Notes under the pieces: generated by a model
Database searches by the model: none
What the model saw: only the letters and a program-made list of their open reading frames with translations
Told to the model about the DNA's origin: nothing
Assembly: GCF_963921235.1 (NCBI RefSeq)
Contig: NC_086124.1
Coordinates: forward strand, 27,962,001-28,026,000
Source of the DNA: Mobula hypostoma
Lineage: Eukaryota
Direction: 5' to 3'
Length of the DNA: 64,000 nucleotides
Part shown: one piece after another, positions 36,963 to 49,300 of the stretch
Position numbering within the stretch: position 1 is the stretch's first letter
How the letters are laid out: each line of letters starts with the position of its first letter
Made by a program: the position numbers and the translations under genes

Positions 36963-39900
36963 CTTTAGAGAGTATGCTGAGGAGATTTACCAGGATTAGA
37001 GAGCATGTCTTGTGAGGTTGAGCAAGCTAGGAATTTGCTCTTTGAAGCGAAGGAGCATGAGAGGTGACTTAAAGATGTAGAAGATAAGAGGCATTGATAG
37101 GGTGGACAGTGGAAGACTTTGCCCCAGAGTGGCAATGGCTAACATGAAGGGGCAAAACTTTAAGGTGTTTAGAGGGGGAATGTCAGAGGTAGTATATTTG
37201 GGTGTGGAACCTCGCACTGCCAAGGTTGTCATTAAAGACATTGAAGAGACTCTTATAGGCACAGAGGTGACAGAATACTGGAGACTTCTATGTGAGGGAA
37301 GGGTTAGATTGATCAAAGGGTTGGCACAACAATGTGGACCGAAGAGCTGGCACTGCGATCTGCTGTTCTATGCACATGGTTGGTGGGATCTTGCTGTGGG
37401 CATGTAGGGATGGGGAGGGAGGAGTTGTTTAGTTGCATTTGTTGTGTGGGGGCCGTGTTATGGATTGAATAGGAATTTGTTTGATTGTGCCTTGCCCATG
37501 TTGCATGGACGCTTGCCACGTGCAGACTGGCTGGGGGTATTTTAGTGTTATAGACTTTTACAACACACAACTGGACCCTTTTGCCCACCATGTGTTTGCT
37601 GACATTTTTCTCCATCTATGCTAATCCCATCCCCCCCCCCCCCGCACCACCATTAGGACTGTATCCTGATGATACATGTACTTTGAATATACTTATACAC
37701 CTTGCCCCTTTACGTGTCTGTCCAAATACCTTTTAAATGTAGTGATTGAGCCCATTTCCACAGCCTCCGCTGGCAGCTCATTCTAGATATCAACCATTCT
37801 TTATGTAAGAAAAAAGGTGTACCCCCTCGGATCCCCTTTAAAACTCCTTCTTTTCACTTGAAATCAGTGCCCTCTTATTTCCATTTTGTATGGATCGGTT
37901 GGGATGTTGTTGTGTAACTGCTGAGTGGGATCTTGTCATGTACACAAGGTTGGACCTGATCACAGAGTGGGATTGTGTTTGTGCTTTGTGCATGTATATA
38001 GATGGGTGAGTTATTTTTGGGTGAGACATTAGACACGCTACATACAGAGTAGGGAACTTTTCTCAATATCCTAGGGCCAATGCTTATCCCACTATCAATG
38101 TCCAAAACATACGATTTTGTTCTCGATTTCCTGCCTGTACTCTATCACTCATGACTCCCTATAGATTGCAAACATCTCTCTTCATCTTAATTATATTCAA
38201 TGGCCCGAGCTTCTTAGCTTTCTATGCCTTGTATTTTCACTTGCCTCGTTCACGAGTTCAAGTCTTTTGCCTCGTTCAATATGAGAGGCTGATCAGTAAA
38301 CACTCAATATGAAATCTAATCAGTTAACTCCAAGACCTGGGCCTCAATACCCCCTTGTGCAACACACCTACATGAAACGTTGCTGTAGAAAAGCAGCATG
38401 AATCATCAAAAACCCTCACTGTCCCAGTCATGCTCTTTTCTCACTGCTGCCATCGGGTAGAAGGTACAGGGGCCTCAGGACTCGCACCACCAGGTTGAAG
38501 AACAGTTAGTATCCCTCAAACTTCAGGCTCTTGAACAAGAGGGGATAGCTACACTCACTTAAGGACTCTGTTATATTGTTATTTCATGCTCATTATTTAT
38601 TGCTATTTATTTGTATCTGCATTTACACTGTTTATTTACAGTTAACAGTTCCTGATGTTTGCAGTTGCTGTTCTATAGATTTTCCAAGTATGTTTGCAGA
38701 CAATGAATCTGAGGGTTGTATGTGGTGACATCGATGTACTCTAATAATCAATTTTATTTTGACTTTGAGATCAGAGGAGAATGTCCAAACTGGTTTCAGC
38801 TGACTCAACAGTAACTCAAATAACCATGTGTTACAATAGTTGTGTGCAGACGAACATCCCTGAATGCACAAACTGTCAAACCTTGAAGTGGATGACCTAT
38901 AGCAGCAAAACATCATGAACTCAGTGTTTATTTTATTAGGTACAGGAGATATGTAATAAAGTGGCCACTGAGTGTGAGTAGGTGTTTGTCTGCGTTCATG
39001 TTTAATGTTCATACCCAAGGTCTGGTATCCAGTTGCATTGGAATTCCTCACCATTGACCAAGACCTCACTCTTGTCAACATCATGTGGTAAATGAAGTAC
39101 AGGAGCCACTCCACTTTAAAAATATTCACATGAGGTAGCATGTCATCTTCAGCCTAAGAAGTCATACTCATAAAAAAATATTGGTATGATGCAAATAATT
39201 CTGATATTCAAAGTACATTTATTATCAAAGTGTATATACGGAAAAACATCTCTGCAGGGTATAGGATTCTTCACTGAAGCGACCCAGATCGCATAGATTG
39301 CCCTGATCAAAGTGCTCAGAAATGACTTTTTAAAAAAAAAAGGAGTAACCAGAATCCAGGAACATATCCAATATGAACCGCAAAGTCTCCCAAAATGAAT
39401 CTCCAATTGATCCTTGCAATGTTGATCCCAAGACCCCTGCATTTCCCTCCGACAGCAGCTAACAAGAGGGAGAGGAAGACCAATCATACACCGGTTGAAC
39501 TTCTGCTCTTCCTTGATCATCCTCGTTGACTTCAACCTTACTCAATGCTTCAGATGGAGAAAAGCAAGTGTCGATCATGTTTCCAGGCCACACATCCTGC
39601 TCCAAACCTCACTGAATTTCCTTGGAGACAGTAAAGCACCAGATTGCTCAACTAGTCCAAAAACACGTCATCAAAATGTAAATTGCAGGTTCCAATGGCA
39701 CGCCGATTAATAGTGGAACTTCATGTGAAATACGAAGGAGTAAAAGAAGCATATTGGTGAACTGTCAGCAGGACGTCGACATTGTTGTGTTGTTTGCTGG
39801 GCCATCTGTGTGAACCAAACTGGAATCATAACGTCACTTTTGTGAAACACCTGATCCCTCTTGGGTTGTAAGAAATTTCCATTACAGTGCCAGCTGATGA

Positions 39901-40544
39901 CCTGGGTCTTCCATTATTATTTAACTAGATTCGACTCCGTCCTAAAGAGAGATCAGCTTCGTTTTGTCAAGTGTACATTGAGTATACAGTTACGTGCGTT
40001 GTTTCCATCAATGGCCAACACAGTCCAATGATGTGCTGGGGGGTGGTGGGGGTCACACTTCCTGAGGCAACAGCTTACTCACAATTTACTAATCCTAACC
40101 CGTATGTCTTTGAGACACAGGACAGTGTTCAGGTACACCACAAGAAACAGTTGGCTGTGTTTATGGAAGGTAGAATGAGGGATGTTAATCAGGAGGGTGT
40201 GGAACAGTAAAATCTGGGGTAACAACAGCATGGGTGGGTGTTTTGCCAGGTGGAAGGCAGGATGGAGTGAATGATGATCAGCTCGTGGACAGAATTGCTT
40301 TTTGTGAGCATGCCACACAAGTGATTTAAAATGTAGGGAGTTAACAACAACATCAAGTCTACAAACTGGTTCCGGTTCAGATACTTGGAGACAAATAGAG
40401 TCAGTGTTTGAGACTGAGGCAGTGATGGGGACTAGCAGCAAAAACAGCCGAGACCAACTATTTGCTATGAAACACTAAGAAATGCTGTTTAGGGCTGTTT
40501 CAGGATTTAAGCTTCAGAATTAATTAATTGATTGATTGATTGAT

Positions 40545-41133
40545 TGTGATACAGCATGGAATAGGTCTGTCTGGCCCTTCGATCTGCACCACCCAGCAGT
40601 TCCCAATTTAATCTTAGCCTAATCACATGACAATTTACAATAACCAATTAACCTATCAACTGGTACATCTTTGGAATATGGGAGGAAACCCATGGGGCAT
40701 GGGCAGAACATATAAACTCCTTACGGGCAGTGACAGGAATTGAATCCAAGTCGCCTGTACTATAAAGCATTGTGCTAACCACTACACTACCATGCTACCC
40801 CATCTTGATCTTTAACAGTTCAGACCAGGAACTTGGTGAGCATTTTCATGAACTGTTTCCTCTCACAGACGGCATGGTAGTGTAACTCTTTACAGTGCCT
40901 GTGATTGGTTCAATTCCTGCCGCAGTCTTTATGGCATTTGTATGTTCTCTCCATGACCATGTGGGTTCTCTCCCATATTCCAAAGACGTACACATTAGGG
41001 TTAGTAAGTTGTGGGTTGGCGCTGGAAGCATGGTGACACTTATGGCTGTCCAGCACAATCCTCAGACTGTGTTGGTAGTTGACACAAACAATGCATTTCA
41101 CTATGTGTTTCAATGTACATATGACAAATAAAA
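40545..41133. mobile_element. Head-to-head V-SINE/HE1-like pair, paralog of 9590-10176
   Basis: Same architecture. Further family copies near 44790-45100, 45480-45715 and 58095-58352. Confidence 0.75.
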
Positions 41134-41569
41134 TAATTTCTATTCTTTACTTTTAATCTCTGTTAGCTTCACCAAAGAGCATTTTGCAGACATTACTTTG
41201 GTGCTGTTTGCGAGACCCTCTCACATGTGAACAACGAGCATATTTCCTTGCTGAGTGACAGTGACTGCTTTGATAGGGTCTGGGGAGGATTTGGGTCTGT
41301 GAACCTCCTGTACCTAATAAAGTGCATGTTCATGGTCTTCTGCCGCAGTAGCTCATCCACTTCAAGCTTCAACATGTTGGCCTGAAACTGCTGCAGTAGG
41401 TCTACAGTGGAGACATTCTCACTGGCTCTCCACTCAGTCTTGCAGCACCTGGACAACAGCAATACCTACATCAGGCTGCAGTTTTAGAAGTTGACAAGGA
41501 TGCATACAGGATTGAGAAAGATCAGCTGGTTGAGTGGTGTCGCAACAACAACCTTGCAGTCGATGTCAC

Positions 41570-42310
41570 AAAGTGTGTGTCCTATCATTGTACACCAAGA
41601 TTGGTCTGTCCTTGACACTCCCCACCATTCACAGTGTGTGTGTATCCTGTCATTGTGGAGTGAAGTCCCATTGTCCCTTGACACTCCCCAACATTCACTG
41701 TGTGTATCCAGCCTTTCTATACTGAGGTCCCCCGTTCCCTAATACTTTACATCATTTGCGGTGTGTGCCCTAGCTTTGTAAACCAGGTTCGCTATGACTC
41801 TCGACATCCTCTACAATTCACACTGTATGTCCTACCATTCTACACAACCTGTCCCTGGATGCACCACACCATTCATGGTGTGTGTCCTACCCTTGAACAC
41901 CGACTCGCTCTGTCTCTTGACACTCCTCACCAGTCACGTAGTCTCTCCTACCCTTGTATACGGAAGTCCATTTGAACCCCGGCTCTCCTCACCACTCATG
42001 GTGCCTTCCCCCATACACTGTGGTGCCTCTGTTCCTTGACAATCCCACCATTCCATGTACGTATCCTATCCTTGTACACTGAGATCCCTCTATCCCTCAA
42101 CACTCCCTATCATAAGCAGTGTTTGCCCTACCATTGTACACTGAGATCCTTCTATCCCTTGACACTCCCCACTATTTATGGATAGTATCTTTTGCCCTTG
42201 TACAGTGAAGTTTCACTATCCCTTGACACTCCTCATCATTTACTGTGTGTCCAACCCTTCAACACTGAGGTTTCTCTGTCCTTAGATACGCCACACCATT
42301 TACAATGTGT
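41570..42310. repeat. Degenerate minisatellite, unit about 60 bp, roughly 12 copies
   Basis: Recurring gtgtgtcctacc(a/c)ttgtacactgag...tcccttgacactcc(c)caccattca motif. Confidence 0.75.
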
Positions 42311-42484
42311 GCCAACTGAACCTTTTGACCATTTTTGCATGTTTTTATGCTGCCACATGATTGGCTAATTAGGTATTTGTATTGAGTACATGTACCTAAT
42401 TGTATGTGTAGTTTAAACATTAGTTGCAAGAATTGATAATGTGAGTTAAAAATCTTTTTTTACAATGATCTTTTTATTTCTCAG

Positions 42485-42739
42485 AGACAGACAAGTTGGC
42501 AGTCACCTTCTTCGTTACAGATGACCCCAGCCTGCCAGAGGGTGGAGCTGAGTTGAAGACCCAGGAGAGAAGTATAGCTTACTATGACACCACATCACCG
42601 AGTGTTCAGTTTCACTTGTCTGGCTTAGACCCATTCCGTTTACCTATGGATAAGCTATTAGCAGGAAATGTGCTCGCATGGGTAAAGTACCTGATGAGCG
42701 GGGCGATGTTATTAACCAACAACTCTCTTCCCCCAAATG
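42485..42739 (+). CDS. WA: MHC W-category alpha chain, exon 2 (alpha1 domain)
   Basis: Acceptor tttttatttctcag|, donor G|GTGAGT, 255 nt, phase 1-1, open frame (TDKLAVTFFVTDDPSLPEGGAELKTQERSIAYYD...LLTNNSLPPN). Class II alpha1-like length and position. Confidence 0.8.
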
Positions 42740-44349
42740 GTGAGTCAAGATAGGAACGTGAGCAGCTCAGTGTACTGACTACCATCAGTCCAATAAAGCG
42801 TCCCCAGTATGGATTTAGCTCACAGTACAGGTCCTTTGGCCCACCATGTTGTGATGACCTTTCAAACTACACCAAGATCAACCTAACCCTTTCACTTACA
42901 CAGTCCTCCAATTTCCTTTCATTTGTGTGCCTTTCTAAGAGTTTCTTAAATGCCCCTAATTTATCCACCTCCTCCACCACCCCTGGCCGGGTGTTCCACG
43001 CACCCACTAACCAGAGTTTTATAGAGCTGCAACATTACCACTCAGCTCTTGAACTCAAAACTCTTCATCCGACGTTACACCTCCTGACTCCTCTCCTGGT
43101 ACTTTCCTCCAAACACAAAGTTATTCCATATTATATTAGCCATTTCCACCCTGTGAAAAAGTCTTTGGATATCCACTCTATCTATACCTCTTATTATCTT
43201 GTACACCTCTATCAAGTCACTGCTCATCCTCCTCCTCTCTGACAAGATAAGCCCTAGCATACTCAATTTATCCACATGAGACATGTTTTCTAATCCAGAC
43301 ACCATCCTCTACACTCTCTCTAAAGCTCTGCATCTTTCCTATAGTGAGGCGACCAGACCTAAACCCAAAACACCAAGTATGGTCTAAACATTTCCATGTG
43401 GCTCTTGAACTCAAACCCCAAACTGACACAGGCCAACACATTACCTGCCTTCTTAAGATTCATTTCACTGACTACTTTCATTAGAAATTTGAGTTAAGAG
43501 CGTGTGCACAAATGGCTGGCACTGTGGTGCACTGGCATAATTAATCCTTTGTTGTATTAGGGTACTACTGGCAGTTAGTTCCGTGGCTCCATCAAATAGA
43601 TGATATGAACATTGATTGTCAAATGGCAGATGATTAACAAGCTTCCGCTTTATCTGCTTGCAGTAGAATGTTTCTGGCTGTCTTCTTTACTCTGCAGAAA
43701 CACTGAATTTCAAAAGTAAATTTTATATTGTTGGCATTGCTGAAGGGAATTACATGGACTTGGTTCGCTATCTTCCCACTATGGTTGTGTTGCCGGCAGT
43801 GAGTCGGCAGTCCCAGTAAACAGTGGATCATGTACTCTTCTTGCTGCTGCTATCATGAAGAAGTACAGGAGCCTCAGGACTGACACCACCATATTCAGGA
43901 ATACTGTAGCTATTACCCCATCAACCATCAGACTCCTGAATCAGTGGTAATAACTTCACTTGCCCCATCGCTGAAATGTTCCCACACCTATGGAGTCGCT
44001 TTCCAGGACGCTTCATCTCATATTTTTGATATTTATTGCTTATTTATTTCTTGTTATTATTTTTTTCTTCTGTATTTGCACAGTTTGCTGTGTTTTACAG
44101 ACAGGTTGTTTGTCCACCCTGTTGGGTGTGGTCTTCCATTGATTCATTTATGGTTATTGGATTTACCAAGCATGCCCACGAGAAATCAAATCTCAGGGCT
44201 GTATATAGTGAAATGTATGTGCTTTGATAATAAATTTACTTTGAACTGTAGAACTTTGAAAGAAAATATGACTGAAGTGGATTAATAGATATTAATCATC
44301 ATCTAGTGCAATTGACATTTACAAAAAAATCTTTAATTTGTTGTTTTAG

Positions 44350-44631
44350 AAATCGGTGAGCTCTATCTGTACTCAGAGAAACCAGCTGTCTTCGGGGAGG
44401 TAAACACTTTGACCTGTTTCGTCAGCGGCTTTTTCCCACCGGCCGTAATTGTAACGTTGCAGAAGAACAAGAAGCCTGTCAATGGCGAAGTTAACTCCTC
44501 ACACCTCTCATTTGGCAAAGATTGGCGATTTCAAGTGCTCCACTACACATACATCCAGCCAGCAAACGGTGACGTATACTCTTGTAGAGTGCTCCATAAC
44601 ATCAGCAAAGAGGAAAAAGTAGTTTACTGGG
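44350..44631 (+). CDS. WA: MHC W-category alpha chain, exon 3 (alpha2 Ig-C1 domain with beta-2-microglobulin-type residues)
   Basis: 282 nt, phase 1-1, canonical splice sites. LYLYSEKP...NTLTCFVSGFFPPAVIVTLQKN...HLSFGKDWRFQVLHYTYIQP...YSCRVLH...VVYW. The LSFGKDWRF motif matches b2m LSFSKDWSF, and Leu replaces the C-strand Trp as in b2m. Confidence 0.92.
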
Positions 44632-46167
44632 GTAAGAGAATTGAACCATGCTGTTATGGTTATTATTCTATAGATTTGCTGAGTATGTCTACAGGAAAAT
44701 CAACCTCAGGGTTGTATATGGTGATGTATATGTACTTTGATAATAAAATTACTTTTTGAACTTTGAAATGCTCTGGGGTAAATGATAAAGGGCAGCACAG
44801 TAGCATGATGGTTGGCGCAGTGCTTTACAACACCAACTAAAATTGAGATTCGATTGCTGTCTGTAAGGAGTTTGTATGTTCTTACCGTGACTGCATAGGT
44901 TTTGTCCAAGTGCTCTGCTTTCTTCCTACATTCCTAAGATTGGGTTAAAGTTACTGAGTTGTGGGCTTGCTCTGTCGGCACCAGCAGAATGGCGGTATTT
45001 GTGGGCTGCCCTCAGCACAATCCTCACTGATATGATTTGATGCAAAAATGATGCATTTCTCTGAATGTTTTGATCTTTCAATGTACATGTGACAAATAAA
45101 GCTAATCTCTGAAATCCAGCTCATTGCCTGCAGTGCTGACTGACAATGTTTTCCAGTGGAAGTGTTGTTGAGATCAGGATTTTAGCAAGTACGAGGACAA
45201 GCTTCCGTTAGCACATTTCAGCTGGCGTTGTACCACTCCAACCCGAGCTGGAGCCTAGCAATAGATTCAATAATGAGGGGTAGTGTTGAAGCACTCCATC
45301 CTGGATGAGATTGGTTTTAACCCTCTTGTTGCTCTGTTAGGCCAGTGGGAGGAAAAGCAGCCCAGGTTCCTGCTTACACTCAGTATTCAGCAATTCCCAG
45401 TGGAACGTGAAGGATGCAACGTGACTATTTGGGCTTTATGTCGATCAACCCCATTGCTCATGTTGCTTTTTTTTTAGTGATGCAGCTCGGAAAGGGCCGT
45501 TCCAGCCGCAGTGCTCAGCAGCTCCTGATTTTTAACAATGACAGATTAACCTACCAATTGGTACGTCATTAGACTGTGGGAGTAAACTGGAGCACCTGGA
45601 GGAAACCCAGTCCATCATGGGGAGAACATACCAACTACTTGCAGACAGCTGCAGGAATTAAACCCCGTCACTGGTATTGTAAAGTGTTGTGCCAACCTCT
45701 GCATTACTGTGCCATTGTTAGTTGACAGCCATTTAATCACAAAGTCACAGAAAAGTACAGCACAGAAGCAGGACCTTTGCCCCATCTAATCTGCCCACTC
45801 CCTTTGACCGTAGCCCTACCATCCCTGTATCTTTCCAAACTTCTCTTAAACACCGAAATCGAGCTTGCATCCACCACTTCTGCTGGGAGCTTGTTCCACA
45901 CTCTCACAGCTGTCTGAGTGAAGAAGTTTCCCCTCATGTTCACCTTTTACCCTTCATCCATGAGCTCCAGTTGTAGTCCCATCCAACCTCAGGGAAAAAA
46001 GCCTGCTTGCATTTATCCCATCTATACCTGTTGAAAAGTATTTTCAGCCGAGAATGGGGAACACGAGAAACCCAAGAGGACAATTTAGTTTCGCCAGCTC
46101 ATCTTTGTTCAAACTGATTTTAAAACTAGTTCCTTGTTTAAAATATAATTGTGTGCTTTGTTCACAG

Positions 46168-46340
46168 AACCAGAAGAACAAAGTCGTGCTGAAGGACTGG
46201 ATACAAGCCAGATTGCTGTTTTGATCTGTGGGCTGATTATAGGAATACTTGGCACAGCAGCTGGATTCTACTTATGTTTTTCGTTGCTACTGTCTGGCTG
46301 GAGCTCTTTGATAATTCGGATCAATACTCCTTCTCAATGA
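46168..46340 (+). CDS. WA: MHC W-category alpha chain, exon 4 (connecting peptide, TM, short tail, stop)
   Basis: Acceptor ttgttcacag|, phase 1. EPEEQSRAEGLDTSQIAVLICGLIIGILGTAAGFYL... has the class II alpha TM Cys/Gly pattern. TGA at 46338-46340. The spliced ORF is 76+255+282+173 = 786 nt, or 261 aa. Confidence 0.88.
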
Positions 46341-49300
46341 AAAAATAATCCCTGCATTATTTCCCAGTGGTCTGTACCTTGCTTTGTCGCAGTTTTGTGC
46401 ACTCAGATTTGTAATGCATCATTCTCTTCCATCTTAGGGTATTGACTTCAAATTCCGCTTTCGAATTTTGGTATCTTTTATTTCATCTGTCAGTCGTCCA
46501 TTTTAATGCACCGTCTGCTAAATGCAGCAGCAATCTCCTTCAGACAGATAAGATCACAGGTAGGTCGGGTCCAAAAATGAATGGCACATTCACCTTCATA
46601 AATCAAAGTATTGAGTACAGGAGTTGGGATGTTATGGTGAAGTTGCACAAGACATTGGTGAAGCTTAATTTGGAGTATTGTGTTCAGTTCTGATCACCAA
46701 CCTACAGGAAAGATATCGATAAAACTGAAAGAACGCAAAGAAAATTCACAAGGACGTTGCTGGAAGTTGCAGACCTGAATTAGAAGGAAAAGTTGAATAG
46801 GTGAAGACCATATTCCCTAGAGCATAGGAGACCAAAGGAGTTTTGAGAGAGGTGTATAAAATTATGTTGGGTGTAGATGAGATAATTGCAAGCAGGCCTT
46901 TTCCACTGAGAACTAGAGGTCATGGCTTAAGGGTGGAAGTGAAATGTTTAAGGTAAAGCTTTTCACACAGTGGGTGGTGAGAATGTGGACAGAACAAGCT
47001 GCCAAGGGAAATGGTGGATGATAGTTTGGTTTCAGCATTTAAGAGAAATTTGGATAAATATGGGTGGGAGGGGTATGGAGGGCTATGGACCAGGTGTGGT
47101 TCGATGGGACTAGATAAAATAGCAGTTCATTACAGACTAGGTGGGCAAAGGAGCCTTCTTCTGTGCTGCAGTGGTCTGACACATCTGCTTCTTCAACCAT
47201 TCTGCATCTCTGTTAGGGGAATTAATTTGCTATGGAAATCCAACTCAAGTTGGTCACAAATACTATGGACATGGACTTTGAAATGACTAGGGAATACCTT
47301 TATTCATGAATAAGGTAGAATGACTTGCTAACAGTGAGATCGCCAAGTCTTCCAAAGAATAATAGTCATAGCCTTTTTTATACATACACACAGAAATTCA
47401 ATTACATCAGTCAATGTTTAAAACAAATCAATCCTGTGAGCCTTATCAATTCCCAGGAAAATGCTAGAGACAGCCTCTTGTCTGCCCACAGCACACAGGG
47501 ATGGGTTATTAAACATCCCTGAAACTAAGATGGATTATTGCAAACATGCTGAGAGCCCAGGCTGAATGCTGAATCTTTATCCATGATATATAGAAGGTTA
47601 ATTAAATCCTTGGATCCAGTAAATTGTTAAATGTACAAAGGTATAGTTTGTTTTATGTGTTAGTATCTGACAAATGAAGGAAAAACTAGGACACTTATTG
47701 TAATTGTCAGAAACTTGACAGCCCCCAGGGTCCTCCGTACAATTTATGACCTTCAGTGTCTTCATTTTGTTCTTGCAATTGTGTTATGCACTAAGGTCAG
47801 CACTAGGCATATTGCTAATTAAAGGAAGGTGCAGAATATCTCAGATAGCTTAACGTTTTATTCAGAATTTTCTTCCAGACCGACCTACTTCTGCCCTTCT
47901 GCTCTGCTGTGCCACAAAGCGTTCATAAACCATTTCCTTACCACCAATTTCCCTATTTTCACTTCTCTTTGTGAAGTTGGTGAGATGCATTTCTGTATGT
48001 GTGAGCCATTACTGTTGTTGTAACTTAAAGCTAATCATTAAAAATAAGTCTGTGCTGTTTGTGGAGAATAAAAGGTTTGTTTTGCACAAAATCTGCAGTT
48101 CCTCATTTTTGCAACTACGGCTTCTGTAAATTACCATTTTCTTTTCCTGGATAGCTGGGTAGGTGTTTGATGGTAGGAAATTGCACGTTATCCTGCGCTT
48201 CAGACAAATGTGAATCCTGTTTAGTATCTTAGTGTTTGAGTCTTGCCAAATGATCATGCTGTTATTTACAACATACAAAAGGCACACAATGGTCTGGGAT
48301 TTTCAAAACTATCAACAACTTCAAATTAAAATGCAATTGCTATAGTCTACAAATCACTCAATTCCTGGGGCGGGGGGTGAGGGGGTGTTGCACCATTCTC
48401 AGAAATCCCCTATTGTGCCCATAGAGATTGCATGCTCCCTTTCCGTGGAAGCATTTGCACAAATGTAATACTGGAAGAGGGATAGTTAGTCAGCTCAAGC
48501 AGAGACCTTGACTGCCTGTTGCCTGGACCCGTGAATGGCCATTTTGGCTAGGCCCAGGAACGAGCCTACTGAGAGATATCTGAGTGACCCACCACGCCGC
48601 CGCCGCCCCCCCCCACAATACTGCGTGATTGTAGTTGATGAGCACAAGCATGACGTGCAGCCAGAACTTGAGCAGCAGCTTCTTCAGACATTCAAACCTC
48701 TCACACTCCACGTACATTCCGTGGCCATCTGCTCGTTCATACAAATATCTAACGAATCAATCATATTGCAGCAACTTAATGTATAAAACATGCAGAAATG
48801 TTCAAGAGGTTCAGTTGTTATTCAGACCAAACATCAGAATGGTGTTGAAATGTGATCCAAGTGACTTTGACGGTGAAATGAATGCTGGTGCCAGACGGGT
48901 GGTTCGAGTATCTCAGAAGCTGCTGAGAAAAGCTTTCCCCAACCATTGAGCACATCTACATGAAATGCTGTCGCAGGAAAGCAGCATCTATGATTAGGGA
49001 ATCCCACCACCCAGGACATGCTCTCTTCTCACTGCTGCCATCATAAAGAAGGTACAAGAGCCTCAGGATAACTTCACTTCCCCATCATTGAAATGTTGCT
49101 ACCACCAGTGGACTAATTTTCAAGAACTCTTCAGCTCACGTTTTTGATATTTATTCTTATTTATTATAATTTCTTTTTTGTATTTGCAGAATTTGTCTTT
49201 TGCCCAAGTTGATCTGGTCTTTTATTGATTGTGGGTGTTTTATGTCGGTTGAAAAGAAATCCCAGTGTTGACGTGTATTTTGATAATAAATTTATTTTAA

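Larger units (their letters stand above)
33934..41133 (+). repeat. Segmental duplication, copy 2 (WA promoter, leader and intron 1); may extend further left, since copy 1 is cut by the window edge
   Basis: See copy 1. Confidence 0.95.

Noticed and set aside
44350-44631. Calling this exon beta-2-microglobulin or classical class II alpha
   Set aside because: B2M has no preceding alpha1 exon and no TM exon. Classical class II alpha2 keeps the C-strand Trp and lacks the LSFxKDW motif.
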